DNA of 64,000 bases, taken from the NCBI GenBank assembly GCA_964252035.1, contig OZ176201.1. One strand, written 5' to 3'. The DNA comes from Podarcis erhardii. Its lineage: Eukaryota. The notes under the pieces are model-generated. The model was not told the DNA's origin. It saw nothing but the letters and a program-made list of their open reading frames with translations, and searched no databases. Shown here one piece after another: positions 24,201 through 37,040 of the stretch. The translations under genes were made by a program, and so were the position numbers. Every line of letters starts with the position of its first letter. Positions within the stretch are counted from its first letter, which is position 1.

Positions 24201-26650
24201 GAGGAAATGGAACTTCTCTTTCTCTTTCTCCTTTTCATTCTTTCTTTGACCATTTCCAGCAGTCACCTTGCTTGTTTCTTGCTGACACAGCTCTTAAGAG
24301 TGATTAATGACTTGGCACATAGACTAGTAGCTTTGTCGATGAATTAATCACCTTCAGGAAGGCACAGCCCTTGCTATTCCCTATCAATTGAGAGGGCAAG
24401 AAAGATCCTTCACTTCCCCATACAGGTGGAATGGGGTGGAGAGACTCTTTGCAAGATTCAAATGCCCCTGTAACTGAACAATTTAAATGGGCAAATCAGT
24501 AGAGAAATCATTGTGGGTGTTTTTCTTTTTCCTTTAAGAAAAGAATAGAATTCATTTGTCTTCTTTATTTCCTAAACTTTAGCTTCTCAGGCAGCTAATT
24601 AGGCAGAGCTGAGGTCCATGTTAAGGCCAATGTTACTGGAACATGGGGTGTGTTCAAGTCTATCAGTTATAACAACGTGCCCAGTGGGTTTTAAAAAAAT
24701 AAATCTTGGTTAAGTGATTTGGAGAAATGAAGCTGAAACCCAAGGAGAAGGTCAGTTCAAGGAAATTATGCTTTATGAACATAAATTATGCCTCTAAAAC
24801 TTTCCTCATCTGGTTTCTTTTTTAATTACATGAACACCACTTTTTATTGATGAATTATTGTGGGTAGTATGCACGCCCCCAGCAAAGCTGTGGAGGCATC
24901 GTCAATCTCTGAGGTCTCTGCAGTGCTATTTTTCTAGAAAAAGAGGTGCTGGAACTCACCATGTACGCCTCCCTTATTCTCTTAGAATGGCAATGGCGAG
25001 CACCTGAGAGGCGCCAGAACTGAGTTCCGGCGAGTACCGGTTGAAAAAAGCCCTGGGTCTCTGATAAGTTTAGATGGGCAGATGGGAAGCTTGTATGGTC
25101 TACTTTCTTACCCAGAACCCCCAGATCCACCAGCTGCAGCTATGTACAAAAGTAGTGGCTAAGAAATGAGGGGGGCAGATGCACAATTACTATGAAGCAG
25201 AGCACAGCTCTGGAATTTTTAATTCCATGCTAGAGCTGAGCTCACAGACTGTTCAGACAAAAATATATTCGTAGTCCTCCCCACACTGCTCAGCTTTCTT
25301 TGTTTCAGCTGCCTAATTTGGGTGAATTTGTTTGTGTGTTGTGAACTACAACTTGGGGATCTAGCAGCAGATCCTGCCCTATCTTCTGCTCACCTCTGCT
25401 TTTGGGTCAGCAATATTGATCCTCCCTAGTGTGCCAGAGGCTTCCAGCCATGTGAGCTCAAGGTACATCTCATGGGTATACCTAGAGGTCTTCAACAGTA
25501 TCCAGGGAGTCCTGGTGCAGCTATCAATCAGATAATGTCCAAGGCAGGGTGGAATCCAGTCCAACTTCTGCAATTCACTCCAAAGTATTAACCAAACAGA
25601 ATGAAAACATGCGCCTTTCTACCCAGATTTTTCATGCTCCCCTTTTTGTTCCAGGAACAATGTTTCTTTCCTTTAAAATTTTAAATAACAATAGAGGACA
25701 TTCACTGCCCTGTGCACCCAGCATGTAATATGGAAAATACTGCTGTAAAGGGAACTCCATTACCATTTTTGAACAGAAGTCCCATTTCAGAAACCAAAGA
25801 AGTTAAGTAAATTTGAAGAATGAGTAAACCATTTCAGAAAATGATTTTTTTTCAGGATAAAACTGAACTCTGTGAAAGTTTGGGTCAGTCTTTTGGTATT
25901 TGGGCTTTTGTCCATCCCCCCCCCCAATTTTTAAAAATTGTATTTTACAAGTATAAAATTATAACATATAATCATATACATCCACATTTAAAGATTCCTC
26001 CGAATTTCTGGACATCCCACCTCCCCCTACGCGGGTCCTATTATTAACCTTTTCTACTGCATATTTTTCAGCAAAGAATGGGAAAAAAATTATAATTTAT
26101 CTTGGAGACCACTGTAAGCAGATTAAAACATTAGCAGGATTGCAATAACACTTGTAATGTAGCTAGTACTATGGACATAATGAAGTCATATAAAATATGG
26201 GCTTTTGTCCATTTCTAATAACACTGTGCTGCAATGCTGTATTATTAACTTTGGGTGATATCCAGTTAAGTTTCAGTGTTGGCTATCTCTCATTGTCTCT
26301 TGCAGATTTGCATCTCTGGGTAGCTGTTTAGTAATTGTACCACTAGTAACTGTATTCTAGTAATGAACCACACTTGACTAGTAAACCAATGATTTCATTA
26401 TGATGGGTACTTTTGCTTTGCTTTCTGATGATGGAAAAGGCAGAGACTGGTACATGCTAGTTTTGCATTCTGGCCAGAGAGAAAATATATGGCTGGAAGA
26501 GGCTGAACACTTTCTGCTATACTTCCTCTATCTGGAATTACATGTCACCTAGTAAAGAACATCTCTCTGAGGCAGACAGGTGGAGAAGAAGGCTACCAGC
26601 CTTGATCTGTATATAATGTGTTTGGCAGGTGAACCCATTACACACCTCAG

Positions 26651-26837
26651 GAATCTCACATCCAGCTAAATAAAAGTTTTCATTTGATCGAAGATGAAGT
26701 GCTTAGCCACGTCATGCACCACTACAGTGGGCAAAATTACCCTTGCATGGATGATGGAGCAGCAGAAGCAGCCTTTCATGGCATCATCTGTGACTGTGTG
26801 AATAGAAAGAACATTGGTGCAGAGCTAGAAGAGGCTG
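26651..26837 (+). CDS. Candidate internal coding exon, product unknown
   Basis: Open frame ESHIQLNKSFHLIEDEVLSHVMHHYSGQNYPCMDDGAAEAAFHGIICDCVNRKNIGAELEEA; acceptor at 26650 or 26665; G|GTAGTT donor, phase 1, which matches 30006. Confidence 0.25.
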
Positions 26838-28362
26838 GTAGTTCTATTCCCCCTCCTCCATTGCTTAATTAGAGCTTAGTTTTGTTATTAAGCTTACAAT
26901 CTGGATACTTTATAGACATTTAAAAACCCCAAACTGATAAACAAATCTCCTCAAAGCAGCAAAAATGTCCATTCTTTCAAGGCATGGAACTATCACTCTA
27001 ACAATTCACTCTGCTAGTATTTTATATTGACAGTGTCAAACGGAAACACTGGTGAAGATTTTGTTTATTTTGAAGTTTCAAAATGTGTTAATTTTTAAAT
27101 TCCGACCAAATTTATTCATGAGTCTGCTACAAATGTAATGGTGCTGGAATCTTGCTGGAGCCTCGCTGTCCAACTCTTACAGTACAACCCTATACATGCC
27201 TAGTCAAAAGGAAGACACACTGAGTTCAATGCAACTTCCTCTCAGGGGAAGTTGAATAAAGGATTTAAATTCTGTTTGTAGCAGCTCCAGTTAGGGGATG
27301 ATGAGTGGGTTAATGAGGCATTCTCTGCTACCTGTTGGCCATTCAACCCTCACATTTGTGGCTGGTAGGAAGAAAGGCCTCAGCTGTCCACTTTTAAATG
27401 GGTACAAAAGGCAGCTAAAATTCAGCAGGGCTTTTTAGTTAAACCCATCATGACTGTTTTTCTTCTCCTCCTCCCACTTCTTTGTATTGTTCCCTGATCT
27501 CTAATGGAAAACATAGATCATGGTTTTTGCTGGTGGTGATAATAAAGAAATACCATCTCTTGTGGTTAAGCAAATCTATATTTATGGTGTCGTTAACAAA
27601 AGCAACAAATCAGCTCTTCAGTGTAATGCATTTTTATTTATTTTTGGCCTGACCAGAAATAAAGAGCCATGAAGGGAGACTAAAAGTCTCATGTGGAGGT
27701 CTCATAGTCCACAACAATTTAAGAAGAGGATCAGTCCCAATTCCCATCTAGTCCAGCACTCTTGCTGTCGCAGTGGCCAATCAGATGGCCATGGGAAGCT
27801 TACAAACAGGACCTGATTGCAACAGCCCTCTCCCCACCTGTGATTCCCAAGCAATGTATTCAGATAAATATTGCTTCTGGCGGTAGAAGTTGAATCCAAA
27901 AGCCCCACCAAAGCATAATTTAATTTTGGGTCTGTAGTGCCACACAAGACATTTAAAATTTACTTACACACATTCCTTTCCATTGCTAATAGTGTTGACT
28001 AGAGTTCTGTGGAGAGTGCACGCAAGTGAGAAAGATGAGCTACTAGTGGAGGCTGGTGGAACCAAGACCAGGTGGGGTGCTGATGAGATAATGTGGGCTG
28101 CACCTAGGTCCCCTTTTTTCCTTTCTTGTAGGAGGATGTAATGTTAAGTCAACCACTCTGTGGCTTGTTTTCTTGTTCAATGAATAACATATTCTCTTGT
28201 AAGTGGACAGAGGATTGAAGGCAGCATACATCATTCACCAAAATAAAATCATAGCAATTCTCCCGTGTCGTATGGTGAGCTTCATGGCTGAGTAAGGTTT
28301 TGAATGCAAGTCTCCCGGGCCCTAGCTCAACAGCCTTACCACTGCATATGTCTAACTAAACA

Positions 28363-28398
<36 letters not shown>

Positions 28399-28416
28399 CT
28401 GAGAGAGAGAGAGAGA
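28363..28416. repeat. Compound (CT)10(AT)8CT(GA)8 microsatellite
   Basis: Visible directly; the arrangement is self-complementary. Confidence 0.95.
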
Positions 28417-29420
28417 ATACACTGAGACAAGTTAACAATTTAGTCATTTGATTTATTTTCAGCAACAGATACTTTGGAAGGGTTTAGCATGGCATTAGCT
28501 TTGTAGTCTCCTGGTAGTGAAGGTTCCAGGCATGTTAGCAAATTTGGAGATGATTTGGAGTCCCCTAAAGGTGGGCATAAGACCATGCACTTTGTTGGCA
28601 GGAACACTGGAGGAACACTCAAGTCCTGCTAGGGGAATTCCCAAGGCCATATGGATAGCCACTGTAGTCAATAGGATACTGAACTAGACAGGCCTTTGTA
28701 TGTATCCAGCATAGCTTGATTTACATTCTCAAGTCTGTCCCAAGATGTTAACTTATTATTTTAAAAATTATATTGCCCTTTCTCAAAAGACCACAGGGCA
28801 GTTTATGGCATAGAACATAATAAGCAAATACGTCAGTGCATTACATAACAGCCATAAAATACAAAAATAAATAAAACAGATGCAAAAATGCAATTTATAA
28901 TAATAAGCAATACATAGCAACAGGTGATACATAATAGTGCACAGGGAATATTGGCTAAGCAGGATTGTCAAAACACACAATAATAGCCCAGCAATATTCT
29001 CCACAATCCAGCCCCTGTATGATGCTGGCAATCGCCTTTAAAGTCCTAAACAACTTGGGATCAAGCGACTCAGAAAAAACCCCATGTCTCCTTCCACATG
29101 AATCTTACTAACTTTGAGGTCAGCTGATGTGTGCTCTTGCACATATCATTGCCTTCTGAGGTGTATTTGACCTTTTGTATGTGAGAGGTGTATTGTTAAG
29201 TTTTCGTTTCTTTTTAACATTTGGATCATAGTTACTCTGTTTCATTTTTGTTTTCTGTTTTGTTGGGCACATTAAGGATCTCCATTGGAGGATGAAAGTA
29301 GGATGATTGATGATAATGATTAGCCATCCAATAATCTTGTTCCCTGGATGGTTCCCAACAAAATATGATAAAATACAATGTTGCATAGGCTTTCCAACAT
29401 CCAGATTCAGAGCCCTAGAC

Positions 29421-29548
29421 CAAGGGTGAGGAACCTGTGGCCCTCTAGACACTGTTGGATGGCAACTCCCATCCCAGCCTAGTCAGGGCTGATGGGAGTT
29501 GGAGTCCAATAATATCTGAAAGGCCACTACAAGTTCCCTGCCTCACTG
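29421..29548. mobile_element. Degenerate hAT-type hairpin MITE
   Basis: GGAACCTGTGGCCCTCTAGA...ACTCCCATC / GATGGGAGTTG... is related to 33419-33554. Confidence 0.6.
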
Positions 29549-30005
29549 TGGTTCTCCGCCTCCTGTGCACTATATTTCTAGTGATGCCTGCACTGGAAAC
29601 TAACTTGGCCTGAGCATGCTTAGCTTCCAGGATCAGACAAGAAAGATCAGACCATAGATTACACTTTCTCAGAAGACAGTCCCCAATTAATTCCTTAATT
29701 TGAATTACAGCTAGGAGGCAACTTACACAATGTGTATACAGGATGAGCAAATCCAACATTTTATGTGTTTGTTTTTTTAAGTTGCCTTTAAATTGCTAAA
29801 TTCTCGGTAGACCTAAGGAAATAAGAAAATGTAGCTTTTACTAATTCATTTTGCAAGGTGCTGGTTTCCACGATAAAAATTTAAGCATGTGAAACTCTGT
29901 GCCCCTGCCACCCCATTCCCAGCAGCCATTCCTGGTCACAATGACTGTTCTTGCATAAAGGCATGGAGGCAGACCAAAATAGCATTTGCTTTTTTTCTAA
30001 AACAG

Positions 30006-30087
30006 GTCAGACCAGAAAAGAAGAGGCAGATGATATTGAAGAGTTCAACAAGATTGTCCAAACAGAAGGAAATATTTGTCCCTCCGG
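30006..30087 (+). CDS. Candidate internal coding exon, product unknown
   Basis: Strong TTTGCTTTTTTTCTAAAACAG| acceptor; the phase-1 frame reads (G)QTRKEEADDIEEFNKIVQTEGNICPS. The GG|GTTAAT donor is weak. Confidence 0.25.
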
Positions 30088-30904
30088 GTTAATTGCCACC
30101 TTGGCTGTAATTGTTATTTTTTAAAATCAGAATATTCAGTTCTAAGGACAAACACAGCTTAAATTTATTGTATGCAAGCCTCAAACATAGATTGCATATA
30201 CAGGTAAGTCAGCAATTATGGCAAGTCCGCAGAAACTATTTCTTAATGCTATTAAAAAATATACATCCCACGCTATTTCTAAGGAACTAAGGATGATGTA
30301 TATGGCATCATCCCATTTTGTCATTACAACACTGTGAGGCAGGTTAGGTTGAGAGATTCTGACACCTGCCAGAGCAGGTGACAATCTTGGATTAGTAGAG
30401 TTTCGAACCAAAATCTTCCGAGGCCAGGTGTAACGCTCTCACCCTTAACCTCTCTGTTTGGTTGTGTGTTTTTTTTAAAGAAGTAAAATATTAAGTGCTC
30501 CTAAACTTATATTAGTGGCCGGATAATCACAACCATAATTGAGAGGGCTTGTTGCCTCAATGGATATGCTGGAAGACCAAAGCTTCTAGACCATCTAGAC
30601 CAGAGATGGGGAACCTGTCTGGAATCCTTTGCCACACACAGGGATTCGGTACCCGGATATCTTGGCAGATGTTGATGTAGTAAGTGTTCCCTGGAGGTAG
30701 ATGGCTTGAACATAGGAAGCAGTCTTATACCAGTTCAGACCATTGGTCCATCTAGCTCAGTGCTATTTATGCTGCCTGGCACTGGCTCTCCAAGGTTCCA
30801 GGCAGATGAAAGAGCTTCAAATTGAGACCTTCTGCATGCATAGTCAGTGCTTCTTCGCTTTCCCAGGAATGGCTAATCTGTGGCCTTCCAGATGATGCTG
30901 AACG

Positions 30905-31275
30905 AATTTATTTATTTTTATAACAATTTATTGATTTTCCAGAAATAACAATACAGTACAAAAAATTAAATCATAGCCAAATTAAACCATAAATTTTGGT
31001 CAACTTCCCTCCACTCCCCCTCTTTGTTCCATTATAATATACTTGTTTATGCACATCCATAAAACCTTATATACTTAACAATCCAATTTTAAAACCTTCT
31101 TCATCTTATTACAAGTGACTTTTAAAAGTTATACTAATGTCAAAATCTATACACAAAGCTTAAAAAATATGCTGTAAACAATTGCCCTTTTTTGTAATAA
31201 CTTGTCCTGCATAGTTCAATAATTTATTTTGCCAATCTTCATCTTTATCTTCTTCTTTATCTTCTTTGGCCAAAG
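30905..31275 (-). mobile_element. Old L1 3' fragment
   Basis: The minus frame includes EDWQNKLLNYA (L1 ORF2 C-terminal EEW..KL..YA motif) followed by an L1-like 3' UTR. Boundaries are approximate. Confidence 0.55.
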
Positions 31276-33418
31276 CTTCTTTTTGCTTCCATAGGGGCTG
31301 GCTGGTCTTGGCCTGGAGTTCAATCTCACGTATCGGAACAAAGACTTCCGCTGAACGAAATTTCTCATCATCCTTTGCAATTGGCCATGCAATGGCCTGA
31401 TGGGATCTGTAGCTAACAACATCTGGAGGGCTACAAGTCAGCCCCACCCCCTGGCCTATCAGTTCTCAGTGCCAGCACTGTTGTATGTCTGCTCTAGCCC
31501 TGGAGCAGGATGACACCAACTGTCTGCAGTTCTGCCCTCCATGTATTGATCAGAAAGTCAGAAGGGAGCCTATGTAGACCTGAACAGGAACTGTCCAAAA
31601 TGCAGGGGCCCTGATCGTATGGCAAGAGCCTATGTTCCTGCAAGTGTTACATGTATAGGCTCCCCCCCCCCGATCTTCCCATGTGGCCAGGAATTGAGAG
31701 ACAATCCTGCTCCTCCCTCCATAAATTGAGCATGCAGAGCTATCAAAAGCATTTGGCAGAGTTAATAAAAAATGGCACAATACCAGCAGTCAAATGTGAG
31801 ATAATATTTGGGCATCAAAATGTGAAGCAGAAAATTTTGTGAAAGGGTTTTTTAGTGCTGGGTGGATCAAATTCATTTCATCTCTATGCAAAACAGAGGC
31901 ACCATATTGGGAGTTGTTCCAGTCTCTTTTTGGGAAAGCCAAAAGAGTGGACTCTCTTTTGATGTTTTTTTGTCTATTTCCTATCCTTCCTTTCACTACT
32001 GCTTGGATGAAATAATGATGTGGTTTTCCCCCCATCCCAACCCCATTCTGTCACTCTTGCCTGACACTTGTGAAATACACATTAAACTGCAATGAAGGCC
32101 TATGACCAGCCTGCACAGAAATGCTATTGGCATGGCTGTAATAGAGACAAGAATTTATGGCGATGGATAGTTGGGGTTCTGAAGGATTGTTCCTAAGCTA
32201 ATAATACCTCTCTGCCAACCATGCATTAGGATAGATTACTGTGGGCAGGCAAAAATACCATCCCTATTCAGCTGAGGCTTCCATTGCATCATCCATTTTC
32301 TCTGCAAGGATAATATTTTATTTTTGATGAAAATGAATATATTAGTCGTGTGTGTGCATGTGTGTGAAGCAGCTGCAAGGAGAATAAATGAAGTGAAATA
32401 GAAAACGCTCCCCCCCCCACTCCATCATCTTCACTATAAAGGCTCAAATAATTTAAATCCATTGGATTTAAGCCAAACTTTTCTGGTAGATCAAGCAGTG
32501 AAGCACATTGCTGAGTGATCCCCCTCCATGTTTTTGGCATTCAATGGAACATTTTGTAGAAGGCCTCTAATTGGTTCTTAGTTTGCTTTCTCACTTCTTC
32601 CTTCAAATGAATGCCCCAGTTCTTGGATGAAGGTATAGGGATGCTGAAGCATTTTGCTTGGTCCACATTTTAAAATTAACTAACCTACTTTGCAGTTCTC
32701 AGACTAACATGCGGACCAAAATACCATTATCCTTTGGACTGTGCAATTTGCTAGCACACCCTTTAAGAAGACCATAACTGTGGTGGAAAGGGGTTATATA
32801 TAATTCAAATATAACAATGTAGCAATGTAGATCAGTACTGACTACACGGACTGGCAGCAGACATCTGGGGTTTCAGGCAGGGGTCTCTTTCAGCTCTGTC
32901 TGGAGATGCCAGGAACTAAGCCTGGGACTGAGTTACAGTTCTTCCTTACACCCATTCCCATTACCCTATTGAGAAAAAATATATGCATAATTAGCACACG
33001 GTTTAATTAGGATGCCAATATCCTGATGCAAGCATGCTGTATATGTCATTTCCCCCCTGCATGGGTTGTTGGCGCATTAAGAGTTGTTGGAATGGGACAG
33101 GACCAACAAGGGATTTTGTTCCTGTGTTGTTTTATATTGTAGCATTTGTTCATTATTATTATTCTGATAAAATTTTATTAATTTTCCAAAAATAAAAAAA
33201 TAATAATATTTACTTTTAAAAAGTTCAACCATAAATCTTAATTGACTTCCCTCCATTCCACCTCCTGGTTACATTATTTTACTCCTATTCATACATGTCC
33301 TTAAGGCATTTGATCATTCCAGAATCTTGGTTCAGAGATTATGGATGGTGATTATGGATGCTTGAGGAATCCAGACTTAAATGCCAATATGAAATGACCA
33401 GCTCCACATCTTCTAGAC

Positions 33419-33554
33419 CAGGCATAAGCAAACTCAGCCCTCCAGATGTTTTGGGACTACAACTCCCATCATCACTAGCTAACAGGACCAGTGGTCAGGG
33501 ATGATGGGAGTTGTAGTCCCAAAACATCTGGAGGGCCAAGTTTGCCTATGCCTG
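33419..33554. mobile_element. hAT hairpin MITE
   Basis: About 55-bp near-perfect inverted arms (CAGGCATAAGCAAACT...CCCATCATC / GATGATGGG...TTTGCCTATGCCTG); TSD TTCTAGAC/TTCTGGAC. Confidence 0.9.
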
Positions 33555-33608
33555 TTCTGGACTGACATGTGGATAGAATAATTTGCATTTCATAAATGAG
33601 CAGACACA

Positions 33609-33824
33609 GGCCTCATCCACACTTCCACTTTCCCCATGCCTAGAAAGCACAAGTCCAAGCTGTTTTCCATTTGCCCCATGGCTTTCCCCAGGGAAACTGT
33701 CTCTTTAGAACTGAATCAGAGAAAATCCATGGGAAAGCTGATTAACATTTGTTTTGATTCAGCAGTAAATACTGGGTTTTCCAAGGGGAAAGCAGTAGGG
33801 ACAAGCTGAAGTCTGGATGAACCC
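33609..33824. mobile_element. PIF/Harbinger-like MITE
   Basis: Imperfect TIRs GGCCTCATCCACACTTC and GAAGTCTGGATGAACCC. Superfamily assignment is by resemblance only. Confidence 0.45.
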
Positions 33825-34402
33825 ATTGCTTTATTGCCTTGAAAATTATCAAAATGCATTTAAAATGTGAATGTTATGAGAAAATATGCCCAAAGATACA
33901 AAATTAAACATGGCTTTTCATGCCGTAAAAAATACAGAATAAATTAGATATGGGGAAGAATGGAATGTATGTGTAAATACATGAGAGAGTGACATGGACC
34001 TGAAATAGACTTTGTCCATCAGTCTGGAGATTGAAGAACACCTGCCTGTTCTTTTAACCATATTTCAGAGCATGGTGGTGGACTATGAATTTCATTCTGT
34101 CTTCTGGGTGGTACATCATAGCATCCATGGCTACTAGGCAATGAAGCGTCTGTAACACAGTTCAGTCACAATGCCTAGAAGAATAATGAAGATGACTGCC
34201 CAGACTTGTCCAGGCTGAGCCTGGATAGTTCAGAGGAAGAAGACCCAGCATGAATAATGAGAACAGGGAACTTAACAGGAGAATGAAAACCAGAATCAGG
34301 AAAAAAGATGGTCAGAGATAGGTCCTTCAGAACTCTGGACAGGTCCCAGAAAGTAGATTACTCTTTCCCATAAGGGTTTGGTCTTAACTGAGTCTTTATA
34401 TA

Positions 34403-34638
34403 CAGTGGTATCTTGGTTTATGAACTTAATCTGTTCCGGAAGTCCGTTCTTAAACCAAGGCGTGCTTTCCCATAGCAGTGGGGGACTCAATTTACAAATG
34501 GAACACACTCAACAGGAAGCAAAACATGTTCTGCTTCCAAGGCAAAGTTCACAAACCAAAACACCTACTTCTGGGTTTGCAGCGTTCTTAATCCAAGTTG
34601 TTCATAAACTAAGCTGTTCTTAAACCAAGGTACCACTG
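34403..34638 (+). mobile_element. Tigger/pogo-type MITE
   Basis: TA|CAGTGGTATCTTGGTTT ... AAACCAAGGTACCACTG|TA; an inverted sister copy lies at 37041-37292. Confidence 0.9.
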
Positions 34639-35739
34639 TACTCATTTGAAACTGACTAATCTCCCATATCCCACCCTCTTGTTGCCGAATAAAGGAAATT
34701 CAGCATGTGAAAAGTTGTTTCCCTTAATTACTGGATAGCTCCAAGTGATCTCACACTTTTGGGATACAGGAGAAAGGCTCTTGAAACGGAGGGGTCTTTT
34801 AGGCATGCTGGAGCTGTGAGACAGTTCATGCTAGAACTACTGAACTGCTGGCAACTCCTACATTATTTTGCCAACCAATAGGCCTGGCACGAGTGTAAGT
34901 GGATGCATTACCAATACGTCTGGGACAGAACAGCAGAACAGATCAACAACGTAGCAAGAATGATTCATTGCAGATATTGGACCGCAGAAAACAGGTTCAT
35001 TTTCTCTAACAAAGCATGTTCAAGAATGTCACATTTGGCAAAAGTCAGAAATAAACAGGAGGAAACTATTGCCCAAGGCAGTTTTCTGAAATGGTTTGGA
35101 TTTCTGTACATCTAGGACTAAAGAGCACACTCGGTTATTGAATCCAAATGAAAAATGGACATATGGTAATTCTGGCTCAAAGTCAACTTGGCTGCATTGA
35201 AGGACGCCGGATACCCAAGGCAAGGTGTACCCTGTAGAGCTACCCAGCATTTTGGCATGGAAATCACATATGGCCAATGCTTTTTTTTCTTTCTTTTCTT
35301 TTAAAATGACAACATTGGAGCATTGGAATGAACTTCACAGGGACAGTGCTTTCAGCAAAGTAAGGTCTATACTTCAGGTGCACTCTGACATAATTGGTGA
35401 AGTGTTATACTTCTGATTGACAGCAACATCCAGGAGTTAACAGCAATGAGGCAGCTGTAATCATTTAGTTGAATGTAATAAATTTAACTGCATATTCACT
35501 ATATGGACACTGGTGTTGGTGGTGCAGAACAACAAACCAGTGGCTGCTGATACTGCCAAAGATGTGTTGGTAGTCATATTCACAAATATTCAGCCAAGAG
35601 CACCCACAACCCTTTTAAAATCATACTATAGTGAATTTGGGCCTCTTGCTGCTGATCTTTTTGTATCTGGAAGTAAGCTCTGCACTGCATGGCCATCACT
35701 TGATAAATGAAGCGCCAACTACAAACACATAATCACCTA

Positions 35740-36090
35740 GGAACGCGGGTGGCACTGTGGGTTAAACCACAGAGCCTAGGACTTACCGATCAGAAGGTCG
35801 CGGTTCGAATCCCCATGACGGGGTGAGCTCCCGTTGCTCGGTCCCAGCTCCTGCCAACCTAGCAGTTCGAAAGCATGTCAAAGTGCAAGTAGATAAATAG
35901 GTACCGCTCCAGCAGGAAGGTAAGCGGCGTTTCCATGTGCTGTTCTGGTTCACCAGAAGTGGCTTAGTCATGCTGGCCACATGACCCGGAAGCTGTACTC
36001 CGGCTCCCTCGGCCAATAAAGCGAGATGAGCGCTGCAACCCCAGAGTCGGCCACGACTGGACCTAATGGTCAGGGATCCCTTTCCCTTTA
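35740..36090 (+). mobile_element. Sauria SINE (Squam1), full length
   Basis: The head is GGAACGCGGGTGGCACTGTGGGTTAAACC with a GGTTCGAATCC B box; the body has GTAGATAAATAGGTACC and GTCATGCTGGCCACATGACC; the tail is CCCTTT. Flanked by ATCACCTA repeats. Confidence 0.9.
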
Positions 36091-36505
36091 ACATCACCTA
36101 AAATGCATCTCAGTGGAGGAAGTTGCATCAAGGAGTCTACATACATGTATGGTCACTTCCAGATGACCCGATCATTGAGCATCCATCCTGATTTGTTTGC
36201 AGGGAGATTTGAGACAACAGTGTCTATTTACCCAGCATGCATTCTGATTTGTTTGCAGGGAGTTAAGATACCCAACAAGTGCTGCATCAAGCAAATGCTA
36301 TCCCACACTGCATTTTCCTGTCACTTTCCCTTATCACAAAAAGTCCAATCTTTTGTAGTAGGTTTGTTGCACAAGACCTCCTGGTCAACTATAATTGTTC
36401 AACCTAAATCTCCTTGTATGTGATTGAATTCCACTCCAAAACTGTGCCCTATGAATCAGCTCTGAGACTCGCTCAAATGTGTTTGTGCATGTGTGTGCAA
36501 CAATA

Positions 36506-36861
36506 CAGTGGTGCCCCGCAAGACGAACGCCTCGCAAGACGGAAAACCCGCTAGACGAAAGGGTTTTCTGTTTTGGAGGCGCTTCGCTAAACGAATTTCT
36601 CTATGGGGTTGCTTCGCAAGACGAAAAAGTCTTGCGAGTTCCCGCAGGTTTTTTTCGCTTTTTTCGCCCTTTTCCTAAGCCGCTAAGCCGCTTAACAGCT
36701 GATTCGCTGATAAGCCGCTTCTCAGCTGATCGCTAAAAGCCGCTAGACCGCTAATAGCGCTAATCCGCTAAGCTGTCAATGGGCTTGCTTCGCAAGACGA
36801 AAAAACCGCTAGACGAAGAGAATCGCGGAACGGATTCTTTCCGTCTTGCGAGGCACCACTG
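36506..36861. mobile_element. Young CpG-rich Tigger/pogo-type MITE
   Basis: TA|CAGTGGTGCCCCGCAAGACG ... CGTCTTGCGAGGCACCACTG|TA, with internal repeats of CGCAAGACG/CGCTAGACG and many intact CpGs. Confidence 0.9.
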
Positions 36862-37040
36862 TAACATCATTTCTCTCTTTCTATGTATAATTATATAATA
36901 TTGGACATCCATATACAGAAAGTCAATCGTGATTTAAAAAGCATTATATAACTTATTAGATTCCCTGGTTACTATTATATTTTAAAGCAGAATGTCATAT
37001 TATTTGAGTTTGGATATTGTCTTGGAATTTTACATTCCAA

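Noticed and set aside
31160-31447. Charged 95-aa minus-strand ORF
   Set aside because: The 3' half is a decayed L1 C-terminus and the rest has no supporting donor.
35513-35710. ORF with an internal GTAAGC donor
   Set aside because: The acceptor lacks a pyrimidine tract and there is no other support.
36479-36736. Arg/Phe-rich ORFs
   Set aside because: Derived from the CpG-rich Tigger-type MITE.
36700-36790. Short quasi-periodic CCGCTA repeats suggestive of a CRISPR-like array
   Set aside because: Internal MITE repeats; no constant repeat-spacer structure, and the DNA is vertebrate.
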